Counted from the first letter of the stretch, positions 8,074 to 16,968 are shown. The stretch: DNA of 32,000 nt from Pseudomonadota bacterium (GCA_040756765.1 JBFLYG010000002.1:30195-62194); one strand, 5' to 3'. The notes: generated by a model not told the origin, from the letters alone. Made by a program: numbers and translations.

Positions 8074-8964
8074 TCATGTCAGTCTCCTTTTTATATCCTT
8101 GTCGAGATGGGAAAAGCGCTCGCGGAAATAGGCAAGCCCAGGCTCGTCCTTGATCGCGACGACCTCACCCGGAGAATAGGCAAATCGCTCAAAGCCCGGG
8201 TCTAGACGCAGCAGTTCCGTGTAGAAGAACAGCATGTCGTTGTCGCTGGCCTTCAACCGTGACGCCAGTTCGAGCCCGTTGACGGCGGCCTGCCACAAGC
8301 ACGGGTTCTCTTTGAGAAAGCCCTTAAGAGATCCGAGCGCGTCCTGTTGACGGAGCGTCTGAAACACGCTTTCCTCCGAGCGAAAGCCCAGCTTGCTCTG
8401 CTCAGCGATCGCGACCATCCAGTTGCAATGAAGAGCCTGATCGAGCGCCTTCAAATGCTGGTGCTCAGCCTCGCGCCTCTCATCCAAAAGGGCAGCGGCG
8501 ACGATCTTGCGACCATCGAGCAACCTCTTTTCTGCATTGCGTAGCGCACTGCCAGGGCCACCGAAGACGGCGTTTCCCTTGTGCTGCAACGCGCGCGCCA
8601 ACGAGGCCAGCGCGAGCAGGTATTGATTGCCCGCCCTGAACCATGCGGACTTCGGGTAGCTATCTGCCAGCATGCCTTCAATCTCGACAATGCGCGCGAG
8701 AAGGGCGGGTGTGCCGGGATCAGCCTTGAGATTTGTCAGATCGGCACGAGCGTTCATGAGATGCTCGGGGAGAAACGACAGTTGTAGGCGCTGCCACTCG
8801 CGATCGATATTCTGCTTGTTGATCGGAGAAATGGTTTTCGCCGCGCCGGGCACCGTCAAGATCCTCCGGAGGTGCCGCTCTCCGAGGCCCACCCTGCGAC
8901 TGACTGCAGGCAGACTCCCGTAGTGGGTGCGGAGGAACATTACCTTGCCAGGATACATCGCCAT
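8074..8964 (-). CDS. Hypothetical all-alpha protein with N-terminal HTH-like segment
   Basis: ORF 8074..8988. Start preferred at ATG 8964, with GGAGG 6 nt upstream. SLPAVSRRVGLGERHLRRIL is HTH-like. I recognise no family in the rest. Confidence 0.6.
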   Translation of the reverse strand: MAMYPGKVMFLRTHYGSLPAVSRRVGLGERHLRRILTVPGAAKTISPINKQNIDREWQRLQLSFLPEHLMNARADLTNLKADPGTPALLARIVEIEGMLADSYPKSAWFRAGNQYLLALASLARALQHKGNAVFGGPGSALRNAEKRLLDGRKIVAAALLDERREAEHQHLKALDQALHCNWMVAIAEQSKLGFRSEESVFQTLRQQDALGSLKGFLKENPCLWQAAVNGLELASRLKASDNDMLFFYTELLRLDPGFERFAYSPGEVVAIKDEPGLAYFRERFSHLDKDIKRRLT

Positions 8965-9179
8965 TGAGCACCTCCTTCCACAACACATAGTCGGCGGCGG
9001 CGATTGCTCAAGCGGGGTGGCCGGACATGGGAGCGGCCCTATGTCCAGACAGGCGGCCGGCCGTATAACCTATTGATAAGTTTGATATTTTTTAATTGGC
9101 GTGCGACCAATGGCGGGTCGATCGTCGTCGACCTGTCGGCTCAAGCTGGCGGCCATGATAACGGAGCGAGGAGATTCCT

Positions 9180-9560
9180 ATGAACAAGCGCGTAACCGAG
9201 ATCGAGACCGTGATCGCCTACAAGGTCGACGGTGAGACCAAGGCGCACTTCGCGAAGAAGCTGGCTGTCGACGCGAGCCTGCACTTCGAGAACGTCCGCC
9301 AGGAGGGCTCGCACCTCGTGGGCGACATCGTCCTGAAGGTGGACATGGGTTTCAGCTCGATCGAGGCGCGGGAGCCGTTCGACCTCGACACCGGGCTCGG
9401 CAACCCGATCGTCGTGGATCTCTCCACCATCACGCTGCCGATCATCGGTGACGTCGAGGTGGTGGCGGAATTCTCCTACGACATCCCGCAGCGCCAGCTG
9501 TCGGTTGTGCTGACGCTGGCCGGCATCATCACCCTCGCCAAGGTGACCACCCACTTCTGA
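9180..9560 (+). CDS. Hypothetical 126-aa protein, beta-rich, no recognised domain
   Basis: GAGGAG lies 6 nt upstream of the ATG. Coding-like composition, and followed by a terminator hairpin. Confidence 0.6.
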   Translation: MNKRVTEIETVIAYKVDGETKAHFAKKLAVDASLHFENVRQEGSHLVGDIVLKVDMGFSSIEAREPFDLDTGLGNPIVVDLSTITLPIIGDVEVVAEFSYDIPQRQLSVVLTLAGIITLAKVTTHF

Positions 9561-9590
9561 CCTGCCATCACCGGCAGAAATCCAAAAGGA

Positions 9591-9620
9591 AGAGCCGCGT
9601 TCCGACGTGGCTCTTTACTT
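9591..9620. terminator. Bidirectional rho-independent terminator between convergent genes
   Basis: 9-bp stem AGAGCCGCG / CGTGGCTCT (one G-U pair), loop ttccga. T-rich runs on both sides: TTACTTT downstream on plus, TCCTTTTGGATTT on minus. Confidence 0.6.
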
Positions 9621-9724
9621 TAACGTGTGAACTGGTGGAGCAGTAGTATGCCTCGAACGAAAGGCTCGGTCTGGGATGAGTTCCTGTGGTCGCAGCATAA
9701 GGTCGATGTCGGGTGATCTCGGAC

Positions 9725-10189
9725 CTATCTAACCGCATTCGCGATTTTATCTATCAAGCAGGAAAGCTTGGCTGCACGGTCGCGAATGCTTTGTAGATCG
9801 CTTGTGGACCTGCTCTCGCCTGTCCTGCTGCGTCGCGCCGAAGTGGTCTGGTATCCGGGCTTGACATAGCCGCGTTCGACATAGTCACCCACGAATAGCG
9901 CGTGAACGAAACTGTTCCGATCCTTAGCTACTTCCTTCAGTTCCTTTTCGGCGTGCGGTATAAGGGCTGCGATCTGCGCGTCGCTTACTCGGCCCCTGAT
10001 GGTTTGTGCCCAAAGTGGCCCCTGATGCCCGGCCGGTTCGTTTCGAATTTTCTCGGATGCGATAGGGTCGACACGCTCCGCCGAGTTAATCAGCATGCTC
10101 TCTATCAAGCCCATTATTTCTACTAGCTCCCCAAGTACCGCGTGCTGGTCCTTGCTAAGGACCAAATTTGGCTCGCTCTCTGTTGTCAT
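9725..10189 (-). CDS. Hypothetical protein with HEPN-like R-x4-H motif (candidate RNase toxin)
   Basis: 154 aa and largely helical. Contains KDRNSFVHALF, i.e. RNxxxH, the signature of HEPN domains (as in DUF86, Abi-type and Cas13 HEPN). Assignment rests on this motif and size only. Confidence 0.45.
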   Translation of the reverse strand: MTTESEPNLVLSKDQHAVLGELVEIMGLIESMLINSAERVDPIASEKIRNEPAGHQGPLWAQTIRGRVSDAQIAALIPHAEKELKEVAKDRNSFVHALFVGDYVERGYVKPGYQTTSARRSRTGESRSTSDLQSIRDRAAKLSCLIDKIANAVR

Positions 10190-10384
10190 CTTGGGATCAC
10201 CGCTCGCCAGACCGTCATGTTGACGATAGTTCCTTTGCCGAAGTCTTCATGGCTCACGACATTACGTAACGGCTGCACTTGTACTGATATCGCTGGACCT
10301 CAGAGTAATCCTTGCAGCACATGTAGCACTCCAGCTCGAAAGTTGACGTTGGTCGCAGAGGTACGACCCGCCCTGTCTCCGAGA

Positions 10385-10795
10385 CTATCCTCCCGGAAGA
10401 CCTATAAGGCACTTGATGTATGCACCGATGTTTTGCTCAGTGAGGTCCGACAACGCCTTGATTGGTGGAAGACCTTGCCCGTCGAACATCGGCGGCATTG
10501 AGAAACGTGCAATCTGAACGGTCCCTTGGGAGGCGTAGAAGCGAAAACCGCGATTTCGTAATGTGAAAAGAAGTCCTGGGGTTTCTGAAGCAGCATCTTT
10601 TCTCACAAAAGCAAAGTCGCTCCCGATTTCCCCTTTTACTCTGGTAAGATATTCTTCCGCGATTGTCTGTAAGGTCCGATCGATCGCTGCATCGACGGCT
10701 TTTATCTTCTCGATCTTAGCTTGAGTTTCTGCTTTCTGTCGCGCTTCGCGCTCGGAGCGTTCCTTGTATAGCCGCCCGAGTTCAGTAGGATCCAT
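10385..10795 (-). CDS. Hypothetical 136-aa protein with N-terminal coiled coil
   Basis: GGAGG lies 7 nt upstream of the ATG. N-terminus KERSEREARQKAETQAKIEKIKAVDAAI is coiled-coil-like. Co-directional between the integrase and the HEPN-like gene. Confidence 0.6.
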   Translation of the reverse strand: MDPTELGRLYKERSEREARQKAETQAKIEKIKAVDAAIDRTLQTIAEEYLTRVKGEIGSDFAFVRKDAASETPGLLFTLRNRGFRFYASQGTVQIARFSMPPMFDGQGLPPIKALSDLTEQNIGAYIKCLIGLPGG

Positions 10796-11037
10796 TTAAC
10801 AGCCTCCAAAACATCGTACGTGAGTGCAGCCCGTGAAGTATAAGCGCACACTTGGTGTTGTTCTAGTCGCGGAGTTCTCACCTTTCTGTTGAGCATCAGG
10901 TTCGCGTGGGCTTAGCGCTCCGGTGACTGGACGTGCGAGAGTTCGCGCTCGATACTCGCGCTCAATGAGCCTCTCGCCTAACGGCTTGTTTAAGTGCTCC
11001 GCATGACGAAGCGTACGCAACCTGAGGCCGGCCACGA

Positions 11038-11619
11038 CTAGAGCTGCTGAACGATTCTCGCCTGCGCCTCAGGGCTAGCCTCGATATATCGTTGGGTTGT
11101 TCTCAGGTTCGTGTGTCCTGCGAGCAGCTGGACATCTCTCAACGACCCGCCGACAGTCGAAATCTTTCTCGCCGCAGCTGTGATGAACGTCCGCCGGCCG
11201 TTATGGCTCGAGCATCCATTGAAGCCCAACTCGTCGTACCAACGTAAGAATAGATTCACGATCGCCTGAGCCGATGTTCGACCCGCCCGTTCTGTCGATA
11301 TGACGAACAGTGATCCCTTCGGCTGTATAGACCTCCACACGATCAGGGCCGACCGTAACTCGGTGTTTAGCGGGATGGTCCGCCCAGAACTCCCCTTGCT
11401 CGCCTCATCTCGTAGGGCAATCGCCGACCCGATCTCACCTGTTGCCTCAGTGATCATGTCCCAGGTCAGGCAGGCGATCTCCTTGGCCCTGAGGCCTGCC
11501 TTGGACGAGAGCAGGAAGATCACTCGATTCCGTTCGGGGTATCTCGTTTTAGCCAGATACCCCAGGGTAGCCTCGACCTGTCCCTTGGCCAGGACCTTCG
11601 CCTGCTTTCCCAACGCCAT
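11038..11619 (-). CDS. Short tyrosine recombinase / site-specific integrase (catalytic domain only)
   Basis: Start preferred at ATG 11619, with GGAGG 6 nt upstream (MALGKQAKVL...). Catalytic signature present: GLRAKEI (Arg I), SSHNGRRTF (H-x-x-R), LLAGHTNLRTTQRYI (His and Tyr). Confidence 0.85.
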   Translation of the reverse strand: MALGKQAKVLAKGQVEATLGYLAKTRYPERNRVIFLLSSKAGLRAKEIACLTWDMITEATGEIGSAIALRDEASKGSSGRTIPLNTELRSALIVWRSIQPKGSLFVISTERAGRTSAQAIVNLFLRWYDELGFNGCSSHNGRRTFITAAARKISTVGGSLRDVQLLAGHTNLRTTQRYIEASPEAQARIVQQL

Positions 11620-11733
11620 TCCTGTCCTCCAACCCGTTATGTTTGGGCCATAGGATGACGAACTATAACCAGCCACGGGACGGCGTACACGGCAGACCTC
11701 GCACGAGGTTAGACGCGTCAATGGCTTAGAAGA

Positions 11734-11765
11734 ACTGATGATAGAATGGACCAAGTATCATCAGT
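11734..11765. promoter_or_regulatory. 10-bp perfect inverted repeat with 12-nt spacer upstream of the integrase (candidate recombinase/operator site)
   Basis: ACTGATGATA gaatggaccaag TATCATCAGT. Confidence 0.35.
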
Positions 11766-12015
11766 CATGCGACGTCGACTTGCTGCTCGTGGGACAGGAA
11801 GTTGCTGTGTTGAGACGGTCACCATCCCGCGCGAGATCATCAACGATCTCGACAACAATCATGATCGCTCCGTTATCGGAAGAAAGAACATCATCCAAAA
11901 TGGGTTGCCGTTTGTCTTAGGTGTGGTTGAGCAGACGTTGAGCGATGTGAGTTCCGTTCCGTCTCGCATCGTCCTGACGCACGGCGCAATTTCGCCGGGT
12001 GCGTTCTGACGCCCG

Positions 12016-12918
12016 CTAGGTCAGCGGAGCAAATTCAAGGCCAAAAGCACGCTCCGATTTCTTTGCCAGGAAGGCTTGGACGGCAGGATTGATAGACTTT
12101 GCCCTGGATAAGATCGCATCTCGGTCTGCGACGTCGCTCTTGCAGCCAAAATAGATTGCGGCGAGTTCGAGCGGATGGAAGTTGACAAACTCCGCCGACA
12201 TTTTTTTTGAGAAGTCAGCAACTCGCCATTCCTGCTCGTATTGCCAATCCCAAGCTTTGGTCAAGATCGTGCGCTTGACGATGCTTTCGCGCTGCAAATC
12301 GGCACGACCCGTGAATAAATCGCGCAACTCATTTTGATCCACCAAACGCGGCATACTTTTCGAATAGACGATGGGTTCTGCAACCGACCAAGAGCTATCG
12401 GTCTCTTCGAGGCAAGCCAAGCGGATAACAACCCCGCGGTGGTGGTCCGCGTAGTGTGACCACATAAGTAGATTGTCATTCACGGCTGACAGACAAAGTA
12501 TGTTGTACTTCTTGAAGTGATTGCGCAATTCCTCATGCATTCGCGAGATATCGACGGGCAAATTTTTGATCGCCGTCCGAAAAGCATCTTCCAAGAAATT
12601 ATCGAGAACAGCGGGTGGGAGGCGCGGGGTGAGAGTCTGAAGTCGCGACAGCATGTTGCCGAGACCGATGCTAGGCTCGAAGCCGCGCTTGCCGAGCAGG
12701 ATTTCGCATGTGTCTTGCTTGCACAATCTGACCAGATCGTCGGGATCGAACTCGAGATGCAAATCGAACTGCATGTCAAAGGGATCATTAAAGTCGGTCG
12801 CTGGTGACCATTTCAGAGTGCGATTTGCCAAGACAGCCTTTGCTGTCTCGCAACTCATGTATTTGTAAAAATAATCGCGGTTATGCCTCCAATGCTCGGG
12901 CCTGCCTCGTGAGGTCAT
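12016..12918 (-). CDS. DUF2971-family protein
   Basis: YFYKYMS...LKWSPATDFNDPFD...LCLS...LLMWSHYADHHRGVVIRL...YEQEWR matches the DUF2971 motifs as I recall them. Start ATG 12918; alternative GTG 12942. Confidence 0.7.
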   Translation of the reverse strand: MTSRGRPEHWRHNRDYFYKYMSCETAKAVLANRTLKWSPATDFNDPFDMQFDLHLEFDPDDLVRLCKQDTCEILLGKRGFEPSIGLGNMLSRLQTLTPRLPPAVLDNFLEDAFRTAIKNLPVDISRMHEELRNHFKKYNILCLSAVNDNLLMWSHYADHHRGVVIRLACLEETDSSWSVAEPIVYSKSMPRLVDQNELRDLFTGRADLQRESIVKRTILTKAWDWQYEQEWRVADFSKKMSAEFVNFHPLELAAIYFGCKSDVADRDAILSRAKSINPAVQAFLAKKSERAFGLEFAPLT

Positions 12919-13221
12919 CCTAGATCCCCAAGTTCTCGCCACATCACTAGCAGGAAATCAATCCAGCCAGCAGCCGCGATAGTACGTTTCGTTCTGAACA
13001 TCCGATACGAGAATTAATGCCGCGCGCACGACCAGCGTCGTGTGGGCCCCTTCCGTTGCCAGCTTCCAGATATAATGAAGGTCAACTGGCACACCGTACT
13101 TCCCGGGAATGTGGTCCACCTGCATTTACGGCATTTAAGCATTTCCACGTCGCTGGCCAGTGTACGCGCGCACGCACGGAGGTAGAATCGGTTGGGTTTT
13201 ATCCAAGTCATGGAGAGCCCA

Positions 13222-13650
13222 ATGCCCGTCCTGAAGTCCCTCTCGTTCACCAGCTTGCCCAAGTCCTCTAACGATCCGATTCTTGCCCGTAGGGCCAAGT
13301 TCGCGGCCAAGCTGGAGGAGCAGAAGATGCTTCTGGCCGACCCGGCCTATATCCGGACCATCCAGCGGACGGCCGAGGTGGACGGCCAGAAGCAGCCCAC
13401 CGTACTGAGGCAGCGCGTCCGCCCCTGGTGGAAGACCGATCAGTCGGGCCAGTTAGTAATGTCTGTGAAGTTTGGGGCCAGGCCCATCGAGTTTGAGAAG
13501 GGAAAGGCCGGTATCCTGGTCCCGTCCAAGGACAAGCTGCCGGCGGTCATCGACACCCTGATTGAGGCGGTCCGTGCCGGCGAACTGGACGACCTGCTTG
13601 CCCAGGCCAGCAAGGCGCGCCCGGTCCCGAAGCCTAAGCGGGCGGCCTGA
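13222..13650 (+). CDS. Conserved hypothetical protein of about 140 aa (resembles the family I recall as DUF6641; name uncertain)
   Basis: Start at ATG 13222 after GGAGAG. Pattern PVLKSLSF...ILARRAKFAAKLEEQ...RVRPWW...VKFGARPIEFEKGK...IDTLIEAVRAGELD. Confidence 0.55.
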   Translation: MPVLKSLSFTSLPKSSNDPILARRAKFAAKLEEQKMLLADPAYIRTIQRTAEVDGQKQPTVLRQRVRPWWKTDQSGQLVMSVKFGARPIEFEKGKAGILVPSKDKLPAVIDTLIEAVRAGELDDLLAQASKARPVPKPKRAA

Positions 13651-13797
13651 TCCGATGCGAGTGGAGGGGCGGGAGCGGTCCCGCCCAGTCTGCCTCAGTC
13701 CCAGGAAACGAGCTTTCGGCAACTTCTCTCGTATCTGGCACTGATGCCGCAGTGCAGGAAACGAGCGCTGCGTGTCCAGCGCGGAGTTCGACTGCTG

Positions 13798-14034
13798 TCA
13801 ACTTCTGGCTAGCTTGCGCACGATCTGCGCTGGGTCGAAGTCGAGCACGCGGCCCAGCTCGATCAGCTCCACGACATCGATACGACGCTGGCCGGACTCC
13901 ATGTGTGTGACCCAGGATTGGTAGACGCCCAGCTTCTCGGCGAGGTCGACCTGCCGCAGGCCAGCCCTCTTCCGCTGCTCGACGAGCATGGCGGCAAGCT
14001 TTTTCTGTAGCGGTGACGTCACCGTCTTCGGCAT
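13798..14034 (-). CDS. XRE-family HTH transcriptional regulator
   Basis: LVEQRKRAGLRQVDLAEKLGVYQSWVTHMESGQRRIDVVELIEL is a classic Cro/C1-type HTH. Confidence 0.85.
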   Translation of the reverse strand: MPKTVTSPLQKKLAAMLVEQRKRAGLRQVDLAEKLGVYQSWVTHMESGQRRIDVVELIELGRVLDFDPAQIVRKLARS

Positions 14035-14165
14035 CTGGCCCCCAGGGAGGGCCAGAGAGTTAAACCGACTTTCCAGATACCTAAAAAATCGGTATTTGAC
14101 TGGTTACGCGAGCAACGGGCCGATTAATATGGCTGGGTCGGACCATTCATTTGCAGGGGGAAATC

Positions 14166-14921
14166 ATGACAACGGAAGCCGGCCAATCTCGGCCATCCAA
14201 TATCGGGGTAAAGTCCATTGTCGCCGCCATTGCCTTCGTCGGGCTGGTCGTCGGCCTCGCGGTCGCGTCGAACAAGCTGCTCGATCGAGCTGGTATAGCG
14301 ACCGGACCCGGCCTTACGATCGAGCAGCGGAAGGAGAAGGCCCTCCGGAATCAGCGCGAGTGGGATCGATCGGCCTCCGACACCCCCGCGCGAAAGACGG
14401 CCGCCATGTGCACAGATGACGAGGTCGTCGAGGTCGCCAAGCGTCTGATCAACGAACAGACCCCCAACGCGACTAAGCTTGGCCGAACCCTCCAAGAGCT
14501 GGAGGCGGCCAGAGGAGGAGGGGTGGCCGACGTCATCAAGGCTCGAGAGAAGACACTTCAGGAGACGAGGGACATGTACGCGCGAAATCCTCTCGATCCC
14601 AACAACAAGTACGACAGCGATCAACTGGCTGAGCGGGTGAAGAACATCACGGGGCAGGAAGCGGAGATCTCGCGCCTGAAGGCCAAGCTCGCCGAGGAAA
14701 CACAGAAGAAGGCATCGTCGCAGATCCAGATCATCGAGAACGAGATCTTCGTCGTCGATGAGCCGTTCTCAACCGAGTACGAGCCGAACATCGATCGGGT
14801 CACGTGCCAGGTTCGGTACAGGGTCAAAGGGCCCGGACATGGCGACGACGTCCACGACGCCATCTACACGGTCCAGCCGGGACGGCAGGATTGGATCATC
14901 AACCTAATGACATTGTCCTAA
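14166..14921 (+). CDS. Membrane-anchored hypothetical protein (one N-terminal TM, coiled-coil middle, compact C-terminal domain)
   Basis: Start ATG 14166 after GGGGGA. TM segment IVAAIAFVGLVVGLAVA. Divergent from the XRE gene. Confidence 0.6.
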   Translation: MTTEAGQSRPSNIGVKSIVAAIAFVGLVVGLAVASNKLLDRAGIATGPGLTIEQRKEKALRNQREWDRSASDTPARKTAAMCTDDEVVEVAKRLINEQTPNATKLGRTLQELEAARGGGVADVIKAREKTLQETRDMYARNPLDPNNKYDSDQLAERVKNITGQEAEISRLKAKLAEETQKKASSQIQIIENEIFVVDEPFSTEYEPNIDRVTCQVRYRVKGPGHGDDVHDAIYTVQPGRQDWIINLMTLS

Positions 14922-15077
14922 GCGCCGCCAATTTGAGTTGGTCAGCGCCAGCGGCCCGTCAGATTTTACCGGATAAAACGCACCAACAGACTAGAACGAA
15001 TTCGCGAACTCGATATCGGCCTTGAGCGTGAGAATGCGCACCTTCACCGATGTCGGTTTGCGAGTGGTAGGGGGCAC

Positions 15078-15707
15078 TTACCGACCGTAGACTCTTGTGG
15101 CGAGAGAAGTGCCGGCCTTGATTCGGGGCCATGGGTACGGAGCAGGAAAACTTCTGCCCTCCTCTAGCGCTTGAGCGACGTCGATACCTCGCTCTAGAAA
15201 CGCTATACGTTCCTTCTCTTCAGCACGAAGGTCCAAGAAATCAGCGACCTCGTCGGCTAGCTCAACACTTCTTCGCACAATATCTGTGCCAGTGAAGCGA
15301 AGAACAGGAATGCCGTACTTCTGTAGCGCCCGGTCGCGCTTGCGATCCTTGCTAGCTTGCTCCACCGTTCGTTCGTGGAATTGATGGCCATCGCACTCGA
15401 TCGCGACCATAGGGAAAGACCCAGTCAAACCTGGGATAAAGATAGCGAAATCTAACCTGCCGATGACTTCATATGCGAGCTGCGGGACAATCGCAAATGT
15501 GCCGCGTCGATTCTTTAGGTCGGGAGTTTGAAGTAGCGAAGTGTATTCCTGTTGAGAGTATATCCAGCACCCCCACTTCGCATAATAGGTAGACAATCGT
15601 TCGAAGAGTGCTAATCCAAATACTAGCTCAACGGGGCTATCCACCATCCCCCAAAGCTTACAAGCGACAGAATTTGACGCGTAATTCGTTGACACTGGTG
15701 CCTGCAC
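15078..15707 (-). CDS. DUF559/Vsr-like (PD-(D/E)xK fold) endonuclease-domain protein
   Basis: GTG start 15707 with GGAGG 5 nt upstream. RLDFAIFI...MVAIECDGHQFHERTVEQASKDRKRDRALQKYGIPVLRFTGTDI matches the D...ExDG..H...D..R...L...G..VLRF pattern of DUF559/Vsr-type nucleases. Confidence 0.6.
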   Translation of the reverse strand: MQAPVSTNYASNSVACKLWGMVDSPVELVFGLALFERLSTYYAKWGCWIYSQQEYTSLLQTPDLKNRRGTFAIVPQLAYEVIGRLDFAIFIPGLTGSFPMVAIECDGHQFHERTVEQASKDRKRDRALQKYGIPVLRFTGTDIVRRSVELADEVADFLDLRAEEKERIAFLERGIDVAQALEEGRSFPAPYPWPRIKAGTSLATRVYGR

Positions 15708-15969
15708 GCGGGCCTCCGGGTGTATTAACAGCCATCCCGAATCATAGTGGGCTAGCAGCTTAACACGAGGGGCGCGTTTGTAGGTGGGCGCGGTTACTTT
15801 GACAGGCTTTCGCGGTGACTGAGAGGAGGTGCCGGATAACGTTCGATGTCTACAAGGGGATTGCCTGACGCTTTGTTAGGTCTCGACCGGTTACGCGTCC
15901 GGGAGCCCGCGCTAAGCTTCCATCATGATATGATCATTCCAGTTTCCCGTTGAGCTACGGTGACTAATC

Positions 15970-16758
15970 ATGAAAGAACCATCTTCGCTCCGCTGTCGCG
16001 TCTTCGTGGATGATAGCGTTCATGATGTGGATGGCTTTGTCCTCACGGCCGCTGTCATCACGTTTGACGATCTCTCGCCTAAAATTGCCGAGCTGTTGCG
16101 TGGAGTTGGTCTCAAGCCCGGTATCGACGAGTACAAAAGCCATTCTCGAAAAGATAGCGATGAACCCTCGCGTCGTTTGCGTAGCGAACTTGGCGAGTTG
16201 CTCTATCAGAGTGGCGCGCGTATTGCCTTGGCTGTGACGCCTCGAGGCCAGCGAGACGCAGCAGGCGTAGATATGCTTGCGTTGCTGGCGCGATTGAAGA
16301 GCGATGGAGCGCTCGGGCCGTCCGAAGTCAGCGTTTGGCTTGACGAGGGCCTTCTGACAGGAGCGGCGAGCAGCTGGTTAGAGAGCCATCCATCACACGG
16401 ATTGCTGATCGAGTCTGAGCAGGATTCCAAGAAGGTATTGGAATTGCAGCTCGCTGATCTGGTCGCTCACACCGCATCGACAATCATTCGGTGCGAACTT
16501 GGGTCGATATCCAAAATGGTCCCAGCTGGGCCCAATAGCGGCTACGATCCGAACGAGCTGTTTCCCCTTGAGTTCGGGCTATGGGCGGGATTGCGCTACA
16601 ATCTGGCGGGGCTGCAGATCAAGCAATCCGACTTAAATGGACTAGACTTTCAGACGTACTACGCATTTGGGCTGTCTATTAACGAGCAATGCTCACCAAT
16701 GGTGAAAGCGGCAGTCAGAGCGCAGCTGGAAACAGTCTATCTGGGCTGTATCCACTAG
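15970..16758 (+). CDS. DUF3800-like protein
   Basis: N-terminal VFVDDSVHD and C-terminal ESEQDSKKVLELQLADLVAHT resemble the two conserved DUF3800 motifs (DESG-like, and S...LQ.AD..A). Confidence 0.5.
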   Translation: MKEPSSLRCRVFVDDSVHDVDGFVLTAAVITFDDLSPKIAELLRGVGLKPGIDEYKSHSRKDSDEPSRRLRSELGELLYQSGARIALAVTPRGQRDAAGVDMLALLARLKSDGALGPSEVSVWLDEGLLTGAASSWLESHPSHGLLIESEQDSKKVLELQLADLVAHTASTIIRCELGSISKMVPAGPNSGYDPNELFPLEFGLWAGLRYNLAGLQIKQSDLNGLDFQTYYAFGLSINEQCSPMVKAAVRAQLETVYLGCIH

Positions 16759-16968
16759 AAGAGCATCGCGGTGATTGCGAACTTTAGTCCGGAGCCTCCT
16801 GGCAACCGCTTGATTGGCCGTAGCTCCCCGCAGCTATGTCATGGGGACCTTTGATTCCTTCCCGACTCGTGTAGAAGCGCGGCGCGACGAGTTCCAACTA
16901 ACAAGCGACTTCGCGTATAGTCAGTACGCTAGCAGCGCCCTCGGGGCGACGAACTCAGGGCATTCTTC

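Noticed and set aside
14096-14130. TTGACT ... TAATAT as a promoter for the membrane-protein gene
   Set aside because: The spacer between the two hexamers is 23 nt, too long for a sigma70-type promoter.
14124-14624. 166-aa minus-strand ORF
   Set aside because: Antisense to the membrane-anchored protein gene. No RBS and no recognisable features.
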